Source: Felis catus (taxonomy: Eukaryota). Taken from it: 64,000 bases of DNA. The notes below the pieces were generated by a model, which saw nothing but the letters and a program-made list of their open reading frames with translations, did no database searches and was not told the DNA's origin. Of the stretch, positions 13,432 to 26,419 are shown piece after piece. Every line of letters starts with the position of its first letter. The first letter of the stretch is position 1. A program made the translations under genes and the position numbers. The DNA lies in assembly GCF_018350175.1 (NCBI RefSeq), contig NC_058383.1:23810001-23874000 (forward strand). The letters are read 5' to 3'.

Positions 13432-13556
13432 CCCAAGCAGGCTCTACACTGCCAGTGCAGAGCCCAATGCGGGGCTTGAACCCATCAACCATGAGATCAT
13501 GACCTGAGCTGAAACCAAGAGTCAGACACTTAGCTGACTGAGTCACCCAGGCGCCC
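13331..13556 (-). mobile_element. Carnivore SINE with (AG)n and an adjacent (TA)n
   Basis: Flanking repeat ggatttgagcattt on both sides. Confidence 0.9.
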
Positions 13557-14402
13557 TGGATTTGAGCATTTTAGCCCATGCACAGACTTCAGAAAGAGGA
13601 GTCCCTGTGGTCAGGCTTGAATCTCCTCAGCCTCATCCTGTTTTTCAGACAGCAGGTCACTGGGTGGCCTCCTGCCCACTGCCAGTGTCACCCTCTTTTT
13701 CCTTCATCTGCCTAGCAGGCCCTCATCTTGCTAGTAGTCCAAAGCTTTGTGGACACCGGATGCCTAACCTTCCCTGTCTGATTCTGCATTCTCAAAGCAG
13801 TGGGCAGAGCCCCAAAATGTTCATCACCTCTGGGTGTGCACAGAGCTTCCTGTGGTCACTAGTCAGGACAGAAGCCCAAAGCTGCCAGGGTGGGGCTTCC
13901 TGGGGCTCAGATGGACAGGGATGCATCTCTTCCCAGTGAGTCATCAAAGGCTGGCATGTCTGTCTCATTCTGGGGTAATCGCTGCCTCTGACCAAGCTGT
14001 TAGAGCCACCTTTAGTGGGCTGAAAAGATGTGTAATCACCAAAGTCCACCAACAAGGGCATGGGAAGCAGATGTGCCCATACAGCGTGGGGACAGACATT
14101 GGTGCAGACTCTTTGAAGGACAGCCGCCAATGTCCAGCTGTGTTCTTAAACATCCACCTCTGGGGATTTACCTGGCAGATGCACCCTGCTTGGGCACAAG
14201 GACATATGCACAAAGATGTTTAAGGAAGAGATGTTTGTAGTAGCAGAAGACTGGAAACGACCTTCCTACCCATCCATGAGGGACTGACTCAGTATATTAT
14301 GGGGCTTCCAGACATGATATTCAGCCATTACAAAACAACAAAATAAGCTCCACCATGCTGCCGTCACGACGAGCATCAAGTGATTAAGATCTCAGAGCCT
14401 CA

Positions 14403-14633
14403 GGGGCGCCTAGGTACCTCAGTCGGCTGAATGTCCGACTTCGGCTCAAGTCATGATCTCGCAGTTCGTGAGTTCGAGTCCCACGTCAGGCTCTGTGCTG
14501 ACAGCTCAGAGCCTGGAGCCTGCTTCAGATTCTGTGTTTCCCTCTCTCTCTACCCCTCCCCTGCTCATGCTCTGTCTCTCCCTCTCTCTCAAAAATAAAT
14601 AAATATAAAAAAAATTTTTTTAATAAAAAAAAA
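14403..14633 (+). mobile_element. Carnivore SINE
   Basis: TSD aagatctcagagcctca on both sides. Confidence 0.9.
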
Positions 14634-16637
14634 GATCTCAGAGCCTCAAGTTTACTGTCTGCAAAACGCCCATCCTTACAGGACTGCTGTGTAGATTAAA
14701 TGAATAAAGAGTGCAGGGCAGTGCCTGCCCAGCCCAGAGTGGCTGTTACACAAGTACTAGCTGATGCCAGCTCATATGTGCCAATGTGGGAAGACAGCCA
14801 CAAGAGCGCAAGACAGGTCTGCAGGCAGCTAACGATTCCATAAAAAACGGGGGGGGGGGGGGGGGGAGGGTCATATACATATAGATGTGTATATAGGCAA
14901 GGAACATTTCTGGAAGGACATCCCTAAGGGAAGCAGGTCTGAGGTGGGAGGCTGACTTTTCACTATTCCACTGATACAGTGTGAATTCTCTTTACCTTGT
15001 ATACATATTATTTACATATTATAAAATATATGCATTTTATAGTAATTATTTTTTTAGTTTACTTATTTATTCTGAGACAGAGAGCACAAGTGAGAGAGGC
15101 GCTGAAAGAGAGGAAGAGAGAGAAAGAATCCCAAATCGATGTGCGGCTCAAAATCACAAACTATGAGATCATGACCTGAGCCGAAGTCTGACGCTCAACC
15201 TACTGAGCCACCCAGGCACTGCTGAAATATATGCATTTTAAAGTTTGCTTAGCTATACATACAAGGAGACTTATTACAGCACTGTTTGTAAGCAAAAAAA
15301 AGAGCGGGGGGCAGGGGCGGATAATGAAAGTGTCCCCAAGAGGCGGAGTGGCTAAATAAATCCATGAACATCATGTGATGGAACATAATTCACTTAAAAA
15401 AAAAAAAGAGGTGATCTATATGTGCTGATATAGACTGATCCCCAAGATACTCCCAGACCAGGAGAACAATTTCTTAAAATCAAATTTCCCACTTTACTAA
15501 AAAATTAAAAACACATATGCTTATTCTAGAAAGTGGAGAAATGACAGAGCAGTAGAAAGGAAATACAATCACTCCTAGTATCCAAAGGCAATCCCGGCTG
15601 GTGTGTTGATATACTTCCTTCCACACTTTTGTTCTGTGTGTGTATGTGTGTGCATGCACGTGCAAGTGTGTTTTAACAAAGCTATAACTGTACTCTATAT
15701 TCTGCTATTTAAATTTAACTCCAGAGCAGAAGCACTTTCCCATGTTAAACTCTATAAATATCCTTGCTTGGTTGCCTGATATTCTATCAACAGGGTGGCC
15801 CCCAGAAAGATTCTGCCACCATCCCCCCCCCCCCACACCCCTCCGGGGAACTAGGCAGAAGGCAGTGACAGAACTGGCCTGTTCACAATACATGCCCGGT
15901 ACCTGCCAGGGTGGTGCCTCTCTGGAGGAACTCCAGGTGGCCATTTTGGTTGAACAAGCCAGGTTGCCATGTCAACAGTAAACAAAAAACACATTAGCTT
16001 TGAGGAGCGCCAGCACGAGTGAAGTTTGGAAAACTGAGCTGCTGTCCCCCTCTGAAGCTGCCACAGACCACAGGAACACCACAGAGCCTGCTTTCAGTTA
16101 CCTAGGACGGTGGGCAACGAAGGGGCACAGTCTTGTCCATAAATGGTCATTCTACCAAGTATAGGGAATGGGAAGTGCAATGAGACACAGTCCCTAGCCT
16201 TGGAGGCAGCAGCTGACTCAGAGGATAACAGACACACACAGAGGTCTCCTATGATCCCCAGGGAATGCACAAGAGATAGCCAGGGCAGGGTGTCTTAAAC
16301 CACACATCCTGAGGGAGCCAGGACAATCATTTTAACAGACCGGATCACCATCAGTTTAAAGAGGTTTCAGGCCGAGGCGTGAAAAGGGAAGCCTATTCCA
16401 GGAGCCGGGAGAGGTGCGGGGTGAACAGAGCCCAGAAGGGTCCCTGGGGACCACAAGCACTCCCATCCTCGGTGAGAAGTTTGAACTATGCCTCGTAGAA
16501 GTTTTAAGGAGGGGCTATTTATTACTTTGTTTGTTTGAGGGAGGGGAGGTGACCTGGATGTTTTGCTTTATTTTTCTTCTAAAAACACCTTCTTCTGCAC
16601 ACAATACATACATGTGGTTTAAACATTCCAAGTGTTT

Positions 16638-16851
16638 GGGGCGCCTGGGTGGCTCAGTTTGTTAAGTTTCTGACTCTTGATTTTGGCTCAGGCAATGATC
16701 TTACAGCTCGTAGGTTCAAGCCCCGCATTGGGCTCTGTGCTGACAGCACGGAGCCTGTTGGGGATTCTCTCTCTCTCCTGACTCTCTGCCCCTCCCCCTT
16801 GTGCTCGCTCGCTCTCTCTCTCTCTCAAAAATAAATAACCATTAAAAAAAA
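16638..16851 (+). mobile_element. Carnivore SINE
   Basis: Head, (CT)n region and A tail. Confidence 0.88.
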
Positions 16852-17357
16852 GTCCCAAATGTTTAAAAATATATATAACATAAAGTCTCCCACAGTGGCA
16901 TCCTCTCCCCCAGAGAGAATCACCATTAACCGTTGGGTGCAAATTCCTCCAGCAGTTTTTGCGATGCAAATACTAAGATGTGTGTATAGTTTTTTGGATA
17001 AATGTGAGATTGTATTATATTTCAGCTTGCTTTTTTACTAACAGTGTATAAAAATAAAAATAGCTAACATTTTTTGTGCTAATTATGGACCCATTACTAT
17101 CCCTCTGCTTTTCATGGATTTTCCCTCCAAATATATATATATATATACATCTTGGCACAGTTTTCAAGTCAAATTACATATAAACATCATCTTTGTTTTA
17201 ATGTAAATACACTATTCTCTTAGGACCATGGTTTATCATTTAAATAAGCCCCTCTTGATAGACCTCTGAGCTACGTCCATTTTTTCTTTATTACAAACAA
17301 TACTGCAACATCTTTGAATATGTAAACTTGAACACTTGTACAAATACTTCTATACTG

Positions 17358-17790
17358 TTTTTTTTAATTTTTTTATTGTTTGAGAGAGAGAGGCAGACAG
17401 ACAGAGACAGTGCAAGTGGGGGAAGGGCAGAGAGAGAATCCCAAGCAGGCTCCAAACGGTCAGTGCAGAGCCTGAAGTGGGGCTCAAACTCATGAAACTG
17501 AAATCATGATCTGAGCCAAAACCAAGAGTCAGATGCTTCTCTGACTGAGCCACCCAGGCGTCCCTCTTCTATACTGGTTCTAAACTGAAGTGAGTACCCT
17601 CCCGTATGGGCTTTGCAAACACATAATGGGAAACATTTTGGATTGTCGTAAGGAACAGGGGGGAAATGCAGCTCTTAGTGGGCAGGGGTCAGACCTGCTG
17701 AATAACCTATAATAGAATGGACAGTCCCACCCAACAAAGAATTGTCCTTCCCCCAATGCCAACAGTACCCCAGTGGGAACACTTGGGCTG
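17358..17790. mobile_element. Carnivore SINE (minus, ~17358-17564) next to a MER20-like DNA transposon remnant
   Basis: SINE with TSD cttctatactg. Following sequence resembles MER20 (acattttggattgtc, aacaaagaattgtc). Confidence 0.7.
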
Positions 17791-19008
17791 AGGAAGAGTC
17801 TCCAGAGATCGAATTGCCATCTGAGGTATATTTTTTATTTTAAGGACTATTGTCAAGTGGCCCACAGGGGTTTATGTTTTACATAAATACTGTCCTTTAT
17901 CAAGAGGGCACCCACAGTGAAGTCAGTTGAGTAGTCTCCCACCCGTCCCCCCTGCCCAATTATGAAGCAAGTACTTACTGTGTGCAGAGCATGGCCCCAG
18001 GTACTGGGGATGAGTGATAAACGCCCTCATGAGGCTCACATCCTAAAGCCACAGACAGACAGACAAACCTCCCATCTGCGCTTCCTTTATAAAGGCTTTA
18101 CCATACTACATTTTGTGGTCAGGGACTGGCCGTCTGTGTCTGAGGCCTTTCAGTTCCTGGGTCCTCTCAGTGTCTTCCCAAAAGCCTCAACTGGGCTCAT
18201 GGGGTCAGCTGCCAGGTCTGCCCCCTAAGGAAGCCACCAGGATCCTCCTTCCCTGAGGCAGTCCCCTCTTGTGCGACACCCCCCCCCCCTCAATCCCATG
18301 CACTGGACAGAAATGACTGAGTCAGAGAGAGAGAATGCCTGACCCAGGCTGGGCCAAGCAGATATTTGCCCCTTGCAATTGGGACAGAGAAGGTCAAGTC
18401 TGTCTTTGCACATGGCTCCATCTGTAATGAGGGGACACTGGGGCCATAGGGGTCTATCTTCCCACTGTCTAGAATGAGGCAGAGAAGAATAAAGGATAGG
18501 GAAAGAGAGACAGGGAGAGACAGTCCTGCTGTCTCCTGGTTCCTAGACCTGTGCCCTGAGAGACCAGACATTACTTCTCTCCCTGGGTCCCCAGAAATAC
18601 TCCTGGACTGTTATAATGGATACCCTTCCTCCCTTCAGCTGGTTTCTGATTCACAAGCCCTGAGCCCTGCAGCCCCCGCTGGTTCCCGGATTCCCTCACA
18701 TGTGGTACAGGATTCCTCAGGCATCCGTGTTTCCTCAAGCCTCCGTGACCCACAGTGAACAGACAGGAGTGCCAGACTGCTCTCCTGCCCTCCCTGTGCT
18801 GCCCTCCACGGGGCTGGGTCTGAGTTTCAGAGGCTGGCTCTGTACAGGAAAAGCAGGGCAAGCCTCAGTCTGACCCCTCGGGGGCCCCCAACCTCAGAGG
18901 GGACCCACAGGGCTATTTCTGGAGCTGCCTGTCCCACAGAGACTTAAGCTAGAACTCTGGCCCCGATAGGAAAAAAAAAATCCAACTGTCCAAGAACTAG
19001 AATTATTA

Positions 19009-19920
19009 ATTTTTTTTTTTTAAGAGAGCATGAGCAGGGGAGAGGGGCAGAGGGAGAGAGAGAATCTTAAGCAGGCTCCATGTTCAGTACAGAGCCTGAG
19101 GTGGGGCTCAATCCCATGACCCTGGGATCATGACATGAGCCAAAATCAAGAGTCAGATTGTTCAACTGACTGAGCCACCCAGGAGCCCCTAGAATCATTC
19201 ATTTTCTAAAAACAGATTAATTTTGAAGTTACAGAAGAACTATTCTATTTTTAAAATTTTTTTTTCAACGTTTATTTATTTTTGGGACAGAGAGAGACAG
19301 AGCATGAACGGGGGAGGGGCAGAGAGAGAGGGAGACACAGAATCGGAAACAGGCTCCAGGCTCTGAGCCATCAGCCCAGAGCCCGACGCGGGGCTCGAAC
19401 TCACAGACTGCGAGATCGTGACCTGGCTGAAGTCGGATGCTTAACCGACTGCACCACCCAGGCGCCCCTCCAATTCTAAATCCCAAAGTGGTAATTCGCA
19501 TTTTGCTTATGGTACTAACAGATAACTTCTGTTGGTGGGCATTAAATTAAATCAGGATAACATTATTGCATTTAAAATTTTTGGGGGGCGCCTGACTGGC
19601 TCAGCTGGGAGAGCATGTGACTCTTGATCGCGGGGTCATGAGTTTGAATTTTTTTTTTTTAACGTTTATTCGTTTCTGAAAGACAGAGAGAGAGACAGAG
19701 CCCGAGCAGGGGAGGGGCAGAGAGAGAGGGAGACACAGAATCTGAAGCAGGCTCTAGGCCCTGAGGTGTTAGCACAGAGACAGATGAGGGGCTTGAACTC
19801 ACAAACCACGAGATCATGACCTCAGCTGAAGTGGGACGTTATACCGACAGCCATCCAGGCACCCCCCTGGGTCATGAGTTTGAGCCCCACATTGGGCATA
19901 GAGATTACTAAATAATAAAA
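19009..19920. mobile_element. SINE cluster: minus ~19009-19189, young minus ~19250-19468, short plus SINE split by a minus SINE (~19585-19920)
   Basis: Nested copy bounded by the TSD GGGTCATGAGTTTGA at 19633-19647 and 19869-19883. Confidence 0.88.
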
Positions 19921-20468
19921 TGAAATTTTTTTCATCACCAGTTATTATACAAAAGCCCGATGATGTTCATCTTTCCCCTACCCCTTTAGACCAGCTTTGC
20001 CCTGGCATGAAGAAAAATCCTGAACAAAGTAAGTACGCTTTTCCTCAATCCAGAAGGTTGCCTAACCCCAAGCATGGTTTTTAAAAAAAATTTTATTAAG
20101 ATTTTTATTTTAATTCCAGTATAGTTAACATACAGTGTTATATTAAGGCAGTGGCATTTTTTTTTACTACAACCAGCATGAAGAACTACATTTTACATCA
20201 GGTTCCTGGACCCACATACACACACATCAGGGATGAAATGCAAATATTTACATGATTAGAGCCTGGCCGACAACAACCAACTGGGTCACCACATCTACAC
20301 ATGTGAACGTGTGTGAGCATAGGTACCAAAAAATAAGATCTTTACAATTTGCACTGGTCTCCAGGATGTCCTGGTCTGTTCTCTTCTGTTGCAATTTTTT
20401 AAAAGTTGGTCAAGGTTTTCATGACCCAGCAGTGGGTCCGAAGCAGCTATTTGAAAAACACCTCTCTA

Positions 20469-20680
20469 GGGGCGCCTGGGTGGCTCAGTCGGTTGAGCGT
20501 CTGACTTTAGCTCAGGTCATGATCTCACGGTTCGTGAGTTCGAGCCCTGTGTCAGGCTCTGTGCTGACGGCTCAGAGCCTGGAGCCTGCTTCGGATTCTG
20601 TGTCTCCCTCTCTCTCTGCCCCTCCCCCACTCATATTCTGTCTCTCTCTCTCTCAAAAATAAATAAACATTAAAAAAAAT
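20469..20680 (+). mobile_element. Carnivore SINE just downstream of EEF2K exon 2
   Basis: TSD gaaaaacacctct on both sides. Confidence 0.9.
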
Positions 20681-20893
20681 GGTTTGTTTTTTTTTTTTTT
20701 TAGAAAAACACCTCTAAAGTAATGAGACTTGTTTTAAGCCAACAAAAACCTCCCAGCCTTACAGGCGTATCTGCCAATCTCCAGGGCTCAGAGTGCTGCC
20801 CAGGGGAGGGAAACAGAGAAGACCCCAGTCAGTGACCCCACTTCCCCATCCCTTGCGGCAGGTGGGCCGGGGTGGAGTGGGCGGTCCACTCAC

Positions 20894-21139
20894 CTTAAAG
20901 TGGAAGGAGCCTGCAGGGGACCCACTGGAGCCATACTGCTCGCTCTTCGTTAGGTTGCTGTAGTAGTTATTAACTTTGGAATTGACATTCTGGTGTGACC
21001 TAGGGTCATCAGTGATGGGGCAGATGAAGTAACTTTCCTCCTCGTCGCTGTCGGCCTCGGAATCACCGTCGTGACCAGCCCCGGGGGTCTGGCCGCCATC
21101 AACACCTTCCAGGCGAAAAATGAGGTCTTCGTCTGCCAT
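20894..21139 (-). CDS. EEF2K: EEF2K exon 2 coding part, start codon to K82 (MADEDLIFRLEGVDGG...SPAGSFHFK)
   Basis: ATG at 21139 in context AAGATGG; 246 nt = 82 codons; donor AAG|gtgagt at 20893. The acceptor ttccctttgcag| puts the exon start at 21215, giving 76 nt of 5'UTR. The N-terminus is recognisably eEF2K. Confidence 0.98.
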
Positions 21140-21566
21140 CTTCCTGGGATGCCTGTGTTACCCAAGGGGTGGGCGGTACAGCCAGAGTTATAGTGTAAAT
21201 GCAGCAGTGTGGGTCCTGCAAAGGGAAGCAAGACAATGGGTGCCGGGGTCCAGGGAGTCAGAACTCGCTGTGCACCTTACTGCGAATGCCCCTGGTGACA
21301 AAGAGCTGGCACCCTCCGAGTGAAAACTACAGCTATCTTTTGGGGAGGCACCTGGCAGGCGGCATCTAAGAACATTTTTAATGTACAAACCCGTCGACCC
21401 AGTAATTCCACTTCGAAGAACTCTGTGTTTGAAATAAGGCAGGGAAAATAAATGCTTCTTAAGCAACTAGAGCGATCGTTTTAGAACATAAAGTAGATTA
21501 AATCATTCCCCTGCTTAACACCCTCCGGGAGCTTCTCTCCCCATTATTAATAAAATGTAAATGACT

Positions 21567-21800
21567 GGGGCGCCTGGGTGGCTCAGTCAGCTGAACGTCT
21601 GACTACGGCTCAGGTCATGATCTCATGGTTTGTGAGTTCGAGCACCGCATCGGGCTCTGTGCTGACAGCTCAGAGCCTGGAGCCTACTTCGGATTCTGTG
21701 TCTCCCTCTCTCTCTGCCCCTCCCCTGCTCACGCTCTGTCTCTCCCTCTCTAAACAAACAAACAAACAAACAAACATTTTTTAAAAATTGAAAAAAAAAC
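21567..21800 (+). mobile_element. Carnivore SINE just upstream of EEF2K exon 2
   Basis: Head, (CT)n region and (AAAC)n tail. Confidence 0.9.
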
Positions 21801-22399
21801 ATAAACGGCTTTTAAGGCTACAAGGCCAGCCTTAGTCTGGCCCCTGCCCACTTATCCTCTGGCCTTGGCAGCTCTCCAAGGCCCCCTGGCTTGCTTTCTG
21901 TTTGGTGAACACGGGGAGCCCATTTCTACCCCAGGGCCTTTGTACTTGCTATTCCCTGTGCCTGGAACAATCTTCCCAACCTTCCAACAGTGGGTTCTTT
22001 CTCATCAGTTGGATCCTAGCTCAATAGTCGCCTCTCTAGAGAAATATTCTCCAGCCCCTCAATTCAAAGAACTCCTCTCATATACATATCCAGTTACTCC
22101 TTAGCACATCTGCTTTATTCTCATCACAGAGATATTCCCAAGCTGAAACCTCCTTTACTTTTTTACTGCCTGTATCCCCAGTGCCTCAAAGAGTACCTGG
22201 CAGAGAGTGGGGACTCAATACACGCCCCCAGAATGGTTGTGTGCCCTAAACAATGTTCTCTTTATCATAATCAGTAACAGCAAAAAAATGGTAACAGCCC
22301 ACAATGTCCACCAGTGGAAGCATGTCAAATTAATTAGAGTTTTCTATACCATGAACTGCTGTGTGACTGTTAGAAGAAAGGGGAAACTCTAGATACATG

Positions 22400-24300
22400 C
22401 AGACATGCAAAAACAATAAAAAAAAAAAGTTCAGCAAGACTGTAGGATACAAAAATCAATAGTATTTCTACACATTAGGAATGAAAAATTCAAAAATGAA
22501 ATTAAGAAAACAAGCTCACCTATCAAGAACTTCAAAAAGAATACTTGAGAATAAATTTAATAAAAGAAGTACATGACTCATACACTGAGAAACACAGCAT
22601 GTTGAAAGAAATTAAAGACCTAAAAAAATGGGAAGATATTCTGTGTTCACAGATCAGAGGATGATTTAATATTGCTAAGATGCCCATACTCCCCAAATTG
22701 ATCTACAGACTCAAACCGATCACTATCAAAATCCTAGTGGCTTCTTTGAACAAATTAACAAATGGGTCCTAAAGTTCATATGGAAATTCAAGGGTCCCAA
22801 AATAGCCAAAACAGTCTTGAGAAAAGAGGAACAAAGTTGAAGGAGTCACACTTCCTGAGTTCAAACTTGCTACAGTAGCTGCGGTAATCAAGACAGTTGG
22901 TATTGGTGTAAGGATAGACACAGATCAATGGAATAGATTTGAGAGTCCGGAAATGAGCGCTCACATTTAGAACCATTGATTTTGACAAGGGAGCCAAGAC
23001 CATTCAATGCGGAAAGAATAATCTTTTCAACAAAGGGCGCTGGGACAAGTGAATATACGTGGCAAAAGAATGAAATTGACCCCCTTCCTTACACCCATCA
23101 TAGGAAATAACTAAAAATAGATCAAAGACTTAAATATAAAAGCTACGACATTACTTAACCCTTAGAAAACAATACGGGAGAAAATCTTGTGATGTGGGTT
23201 AGGCAAAGCCTTCTTAGATATGACACCAACAGCACGAGCAACAAAAGAACAGATAAATTAGGCACCATCAATACTAAACATTTGTGGGATGCCTGGGTGG
23301 CTCAGTCAGTTGAGTGTCCAACTCTTGATTTTGGCTCAGGTTATGATCTCACAGTTCGTGAGATCGAGCCATGCGTCGGGCTCTGCCCTGACAGTATGCA
23401 GCCTGCTTGGGATTCTCTCTCCATCTCTCTCTGCTCTTCTCCCACATTCTCTTTCTCTCAAAATAAATATTATACAACTGAACAATAAAATAACAAATAA
23501 CCCAAGTAAAAAATGGGCAAAGGGCTTGAATGAATTTTAACAGACATTAAACAAGATATACTCGTGACCAGTAAGCCCGTGAAAGATGCTCAACATCATT
23601 AGCCATTAGGGAAATGTAAACCCAATAAATAACAAATGTTGGCAAGGGTACGGAGAAAGTGAAACTCTCATACACTGTTGGTAGGAATGTAAAATGGTGC
23701 AACCACTCTGGAAAATAGTCTGACAGTTCCTCAAAAAGTTAACCACAGAATTTCCATATGATCCAGCAATTCCACTCCTGGGTACACGTCCAAGGGAAAT
23801 GAAAACATTCACATAAAAACTTGTACACATATGTTCATAGAAGTGTTATCTGTAATAGCCCAATGGGGAAACAAATCCAAATGCCCATCAGCTAATGAAT
23901 GGATAAACAAAATGTGGCGTATCCATACAATGGAATGCTATAATAGTCACGAAAAGGAAGGACTGACACAGGGTGAACCTTAAAAGCATTATGCTAAGTG
24001 AGAGAATCTAACCACAAAAAACCATGTATTGAATGAATCCATTTACACGAAATACCCAGAGAAGGCAAATCTATACAGATGGAAAGTACATGAGTGATTG
24101 CCTATGGATGGGGGAGGGGAGAGTTGCGGGCGCGGGAAATGGGGAACAATTGCTAACGTGTTTCTTTGGAGTTGGTGAAAATGTTCTAAAACTGTGTCTT
24201 GATTGCATGACTGCCAATATATTAAAAACCGTTGAATTGTACTTTACATGGATAGATTATAAGGTTTGAGAATTATATTTTAATAAAGCTAAGGTTAAAA
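22400..24300 (+). mobile_element. Decayed L1 (ORF2 3' part plus 3'UTR), interrupted by a SINE at ~23286-23468
   Basis: ORF2-like phrases (gtaatcaagacagt..gtattgg, gattttgacaagggagccaagaccattcaatg, gatccagcaattccactcctgggta) with many stops and frameshifts. Confidence 0.88.
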
Positions 24301-24470
24301 AAAAGGCAGAAAAAACTGTGACACTTATGTTTTTTAAGATTTTACTTTCAAGTAATCTTTACACCCAATGTGGGGTTCCAACTCACAACCCCGAGGTCAA
24401 GAGTCACACGCTCTACTGACTGAGCCAGCCAGGCACCCCACAAAACTGTCACATTTAAAAAGCAAGTTGA

Positions 24471-24928
24471 GGGGTGCCTGGGTGGCGCAGTCGGTTAAGC
24501 GTCCAATTTCAGCCAGGTCACGATCTCGCGGTCCGTGAGTTCGAGCCCGCGTCAGGCTCTGGGCTGATGGCTCAGAGCCTGGAGCCTGTTTCCGATTCTG
24601 TGTCTCCCTCTCTCTCTGCCCCTCCCCCGTTCATGCTCTGTTTCTCTCTGTCCCAAAAATAAAAATAAAAACGTTGAAAAAAAAAAAAAAAAGCAAGTTG
24701 AGGGGTGCCTGGGTGGCTCAGTCGGTTGAGCGGCCAACTTCGGCTCAGGTCACGATCTTGCCATCCATGAGCTCGAGCCCCGCGTCGGGCTCTGTGCTGA
24801 CAGCTCAGAGCCTGGAGCCTGCTTCATATTCTGTGTTTCCCTCTCTCTCTGCCCCTTCCCTGCTCATGCTGTGTCTCTCTCTGTCTCAAAAATAAATAAA
24901 CATTAAAAAAAAAATTTTTTTTTTAAAT
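24471..24928 (+). mobile_element. Two head-to-tail carnivore SINEs sharing one target site
   Basis: AAAAAGCAAGTTGA occurs three times: 24457, 24688 and 24929. Confidence 0.93.
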
Positions 24929-25098
24929 AAAAAGCAAGTTGAAGAATATCAGGTCTATTATGGTGAAAAGAAAAAGGACATTTGTAGATGGGTTGAGACT
25001 TCCCTCAAGGACCCCTAGGAGCTCTACCAACACAGGGATGGCAGTGATAATGGAAGCTGGAAGGTGGGGGTGGTGGGACTTTGAAGAACTTTGTACAG

Positions 25099-25239
25099 AG
25101 GTGCCTGGGTGGTTCTGTCAGTTTAGTGGTTGACTCTTGATTTTGACTCAGGTCATGATCCCAGGGTTGTGGGATTGAGCCCTACAATGGGCTCTACACT
25201 GAGTGTGGAGCCTGCTTGGTTGGGATTCTCCCTCAACCA

Positions 25240-25292
<53 letters not shown>

Positions 25293-25358
25293 CACCCCTC
25301 CCCCACTTGTGCACACACACAAACGCTCTCAAAATAAATCTGTAAAAAAAAAAAAAAA
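25099..25358 (+). mobile_element. Carnivore SINE
   Basis: TSD aagaactttgtaca. Confidence 0.9.
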
Positions 25359-26419
25359 GAACTTTGTACACTTCTACACTGTGTTAACTTTTCACAAGCT
25401 GAGTCGCTTTCAATATAAAATAATAAATAAACGAAAACACTTTTAAAATTTTTTTAGATCAAGGTAATACTTTTTTAGATCAATCTAATGGCTCCTTCCA
25501 TCTGCAGGCAGCCTCCTAGATCTGAGGCTCTGGCACTTTCTTAACAGCTATCATATCCTAACTTGGTATCTATCCTAACAGCTATCTATCCTAACTTGGT
25601 ACACACAAAATGCAAATTAAAATGTGAGGAAACTGTACTTAGCTTCACTTTGTACAACGTGCTCTGCTATGTTCTACTCCACTCATTTTTGTTTTGCTTT
25701 ACTTCCTTCTCATTCTTTTCCCTTAAGGCACCACCCACAGGGATTTCTTGAAAATCGGCCGCCCAGGTGTCTACTGCAGAGTTGTTTCTTACCCTGTGGG
25801 CAGGACGCAGTCACGGTCAGGAGCCAATGCCTGAACCACCTGACCCTGCTGGTTACCAAAACCTGCCCTGGGCCCTGGGCCCACTCTTCCCCCTCTCGGC
25901 CGCTCCCAGCCCCAGCGCCTGCTCTGCCCCCGTCAGCCCTTGGCCAGAACCTCTGCTGACCAAGGCAGCGTGGTGTCTGGGGCTGCCAGGGGACCGAGCC
26001 CAGTCACTGGCCTCTGGGGGCTGGGATGGTGCTGGGGAGGGGCCAGAACCTCAGCTGCAGCCCACAGGCTTCCAGGCAGTGTAGTCCAGGGGCTAAGAGC
26101 CTGCTCGCAGGTACAAATCCCAGCTGTGCTGCTGATGACCTGGACTAAACTAATTCAGCTCGCTGACGTCCCCATTTGTGAGGGGAGCTGAGGGAGGGGA
26201 AGTGGCCTGACGTTCCAGAGCCAGTTCACAGGGTAATTATGACCAGAGCCACAGACCCGACATTCTCCTTGACCCTGGGAAACAAAAGGAGCTGCAGACA
26301 AGCAGCTGCGACCCTGCCTGGCACAGCGCCTTGCACTCAGCAGGCACGTGATGCGTATTCCAGAACTGAGCGAGGATGTTTTATGGTTTTTCCGTTGTCA
26401 TAAATTTGCTCTTAAGGCA

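Noticed and set aside
14849..14866. Long poly-G run (similarly poly-C at ~28083-28103)
   Set aside because: Simple homopolymers whose length is unreliable in assemblies; no supporting context.
23111..23120. Perfect MEF2 motif CTAAAAATAG
   Set aside because: Lies in A-rich decayed L1 sequence, so a chance match is likely.
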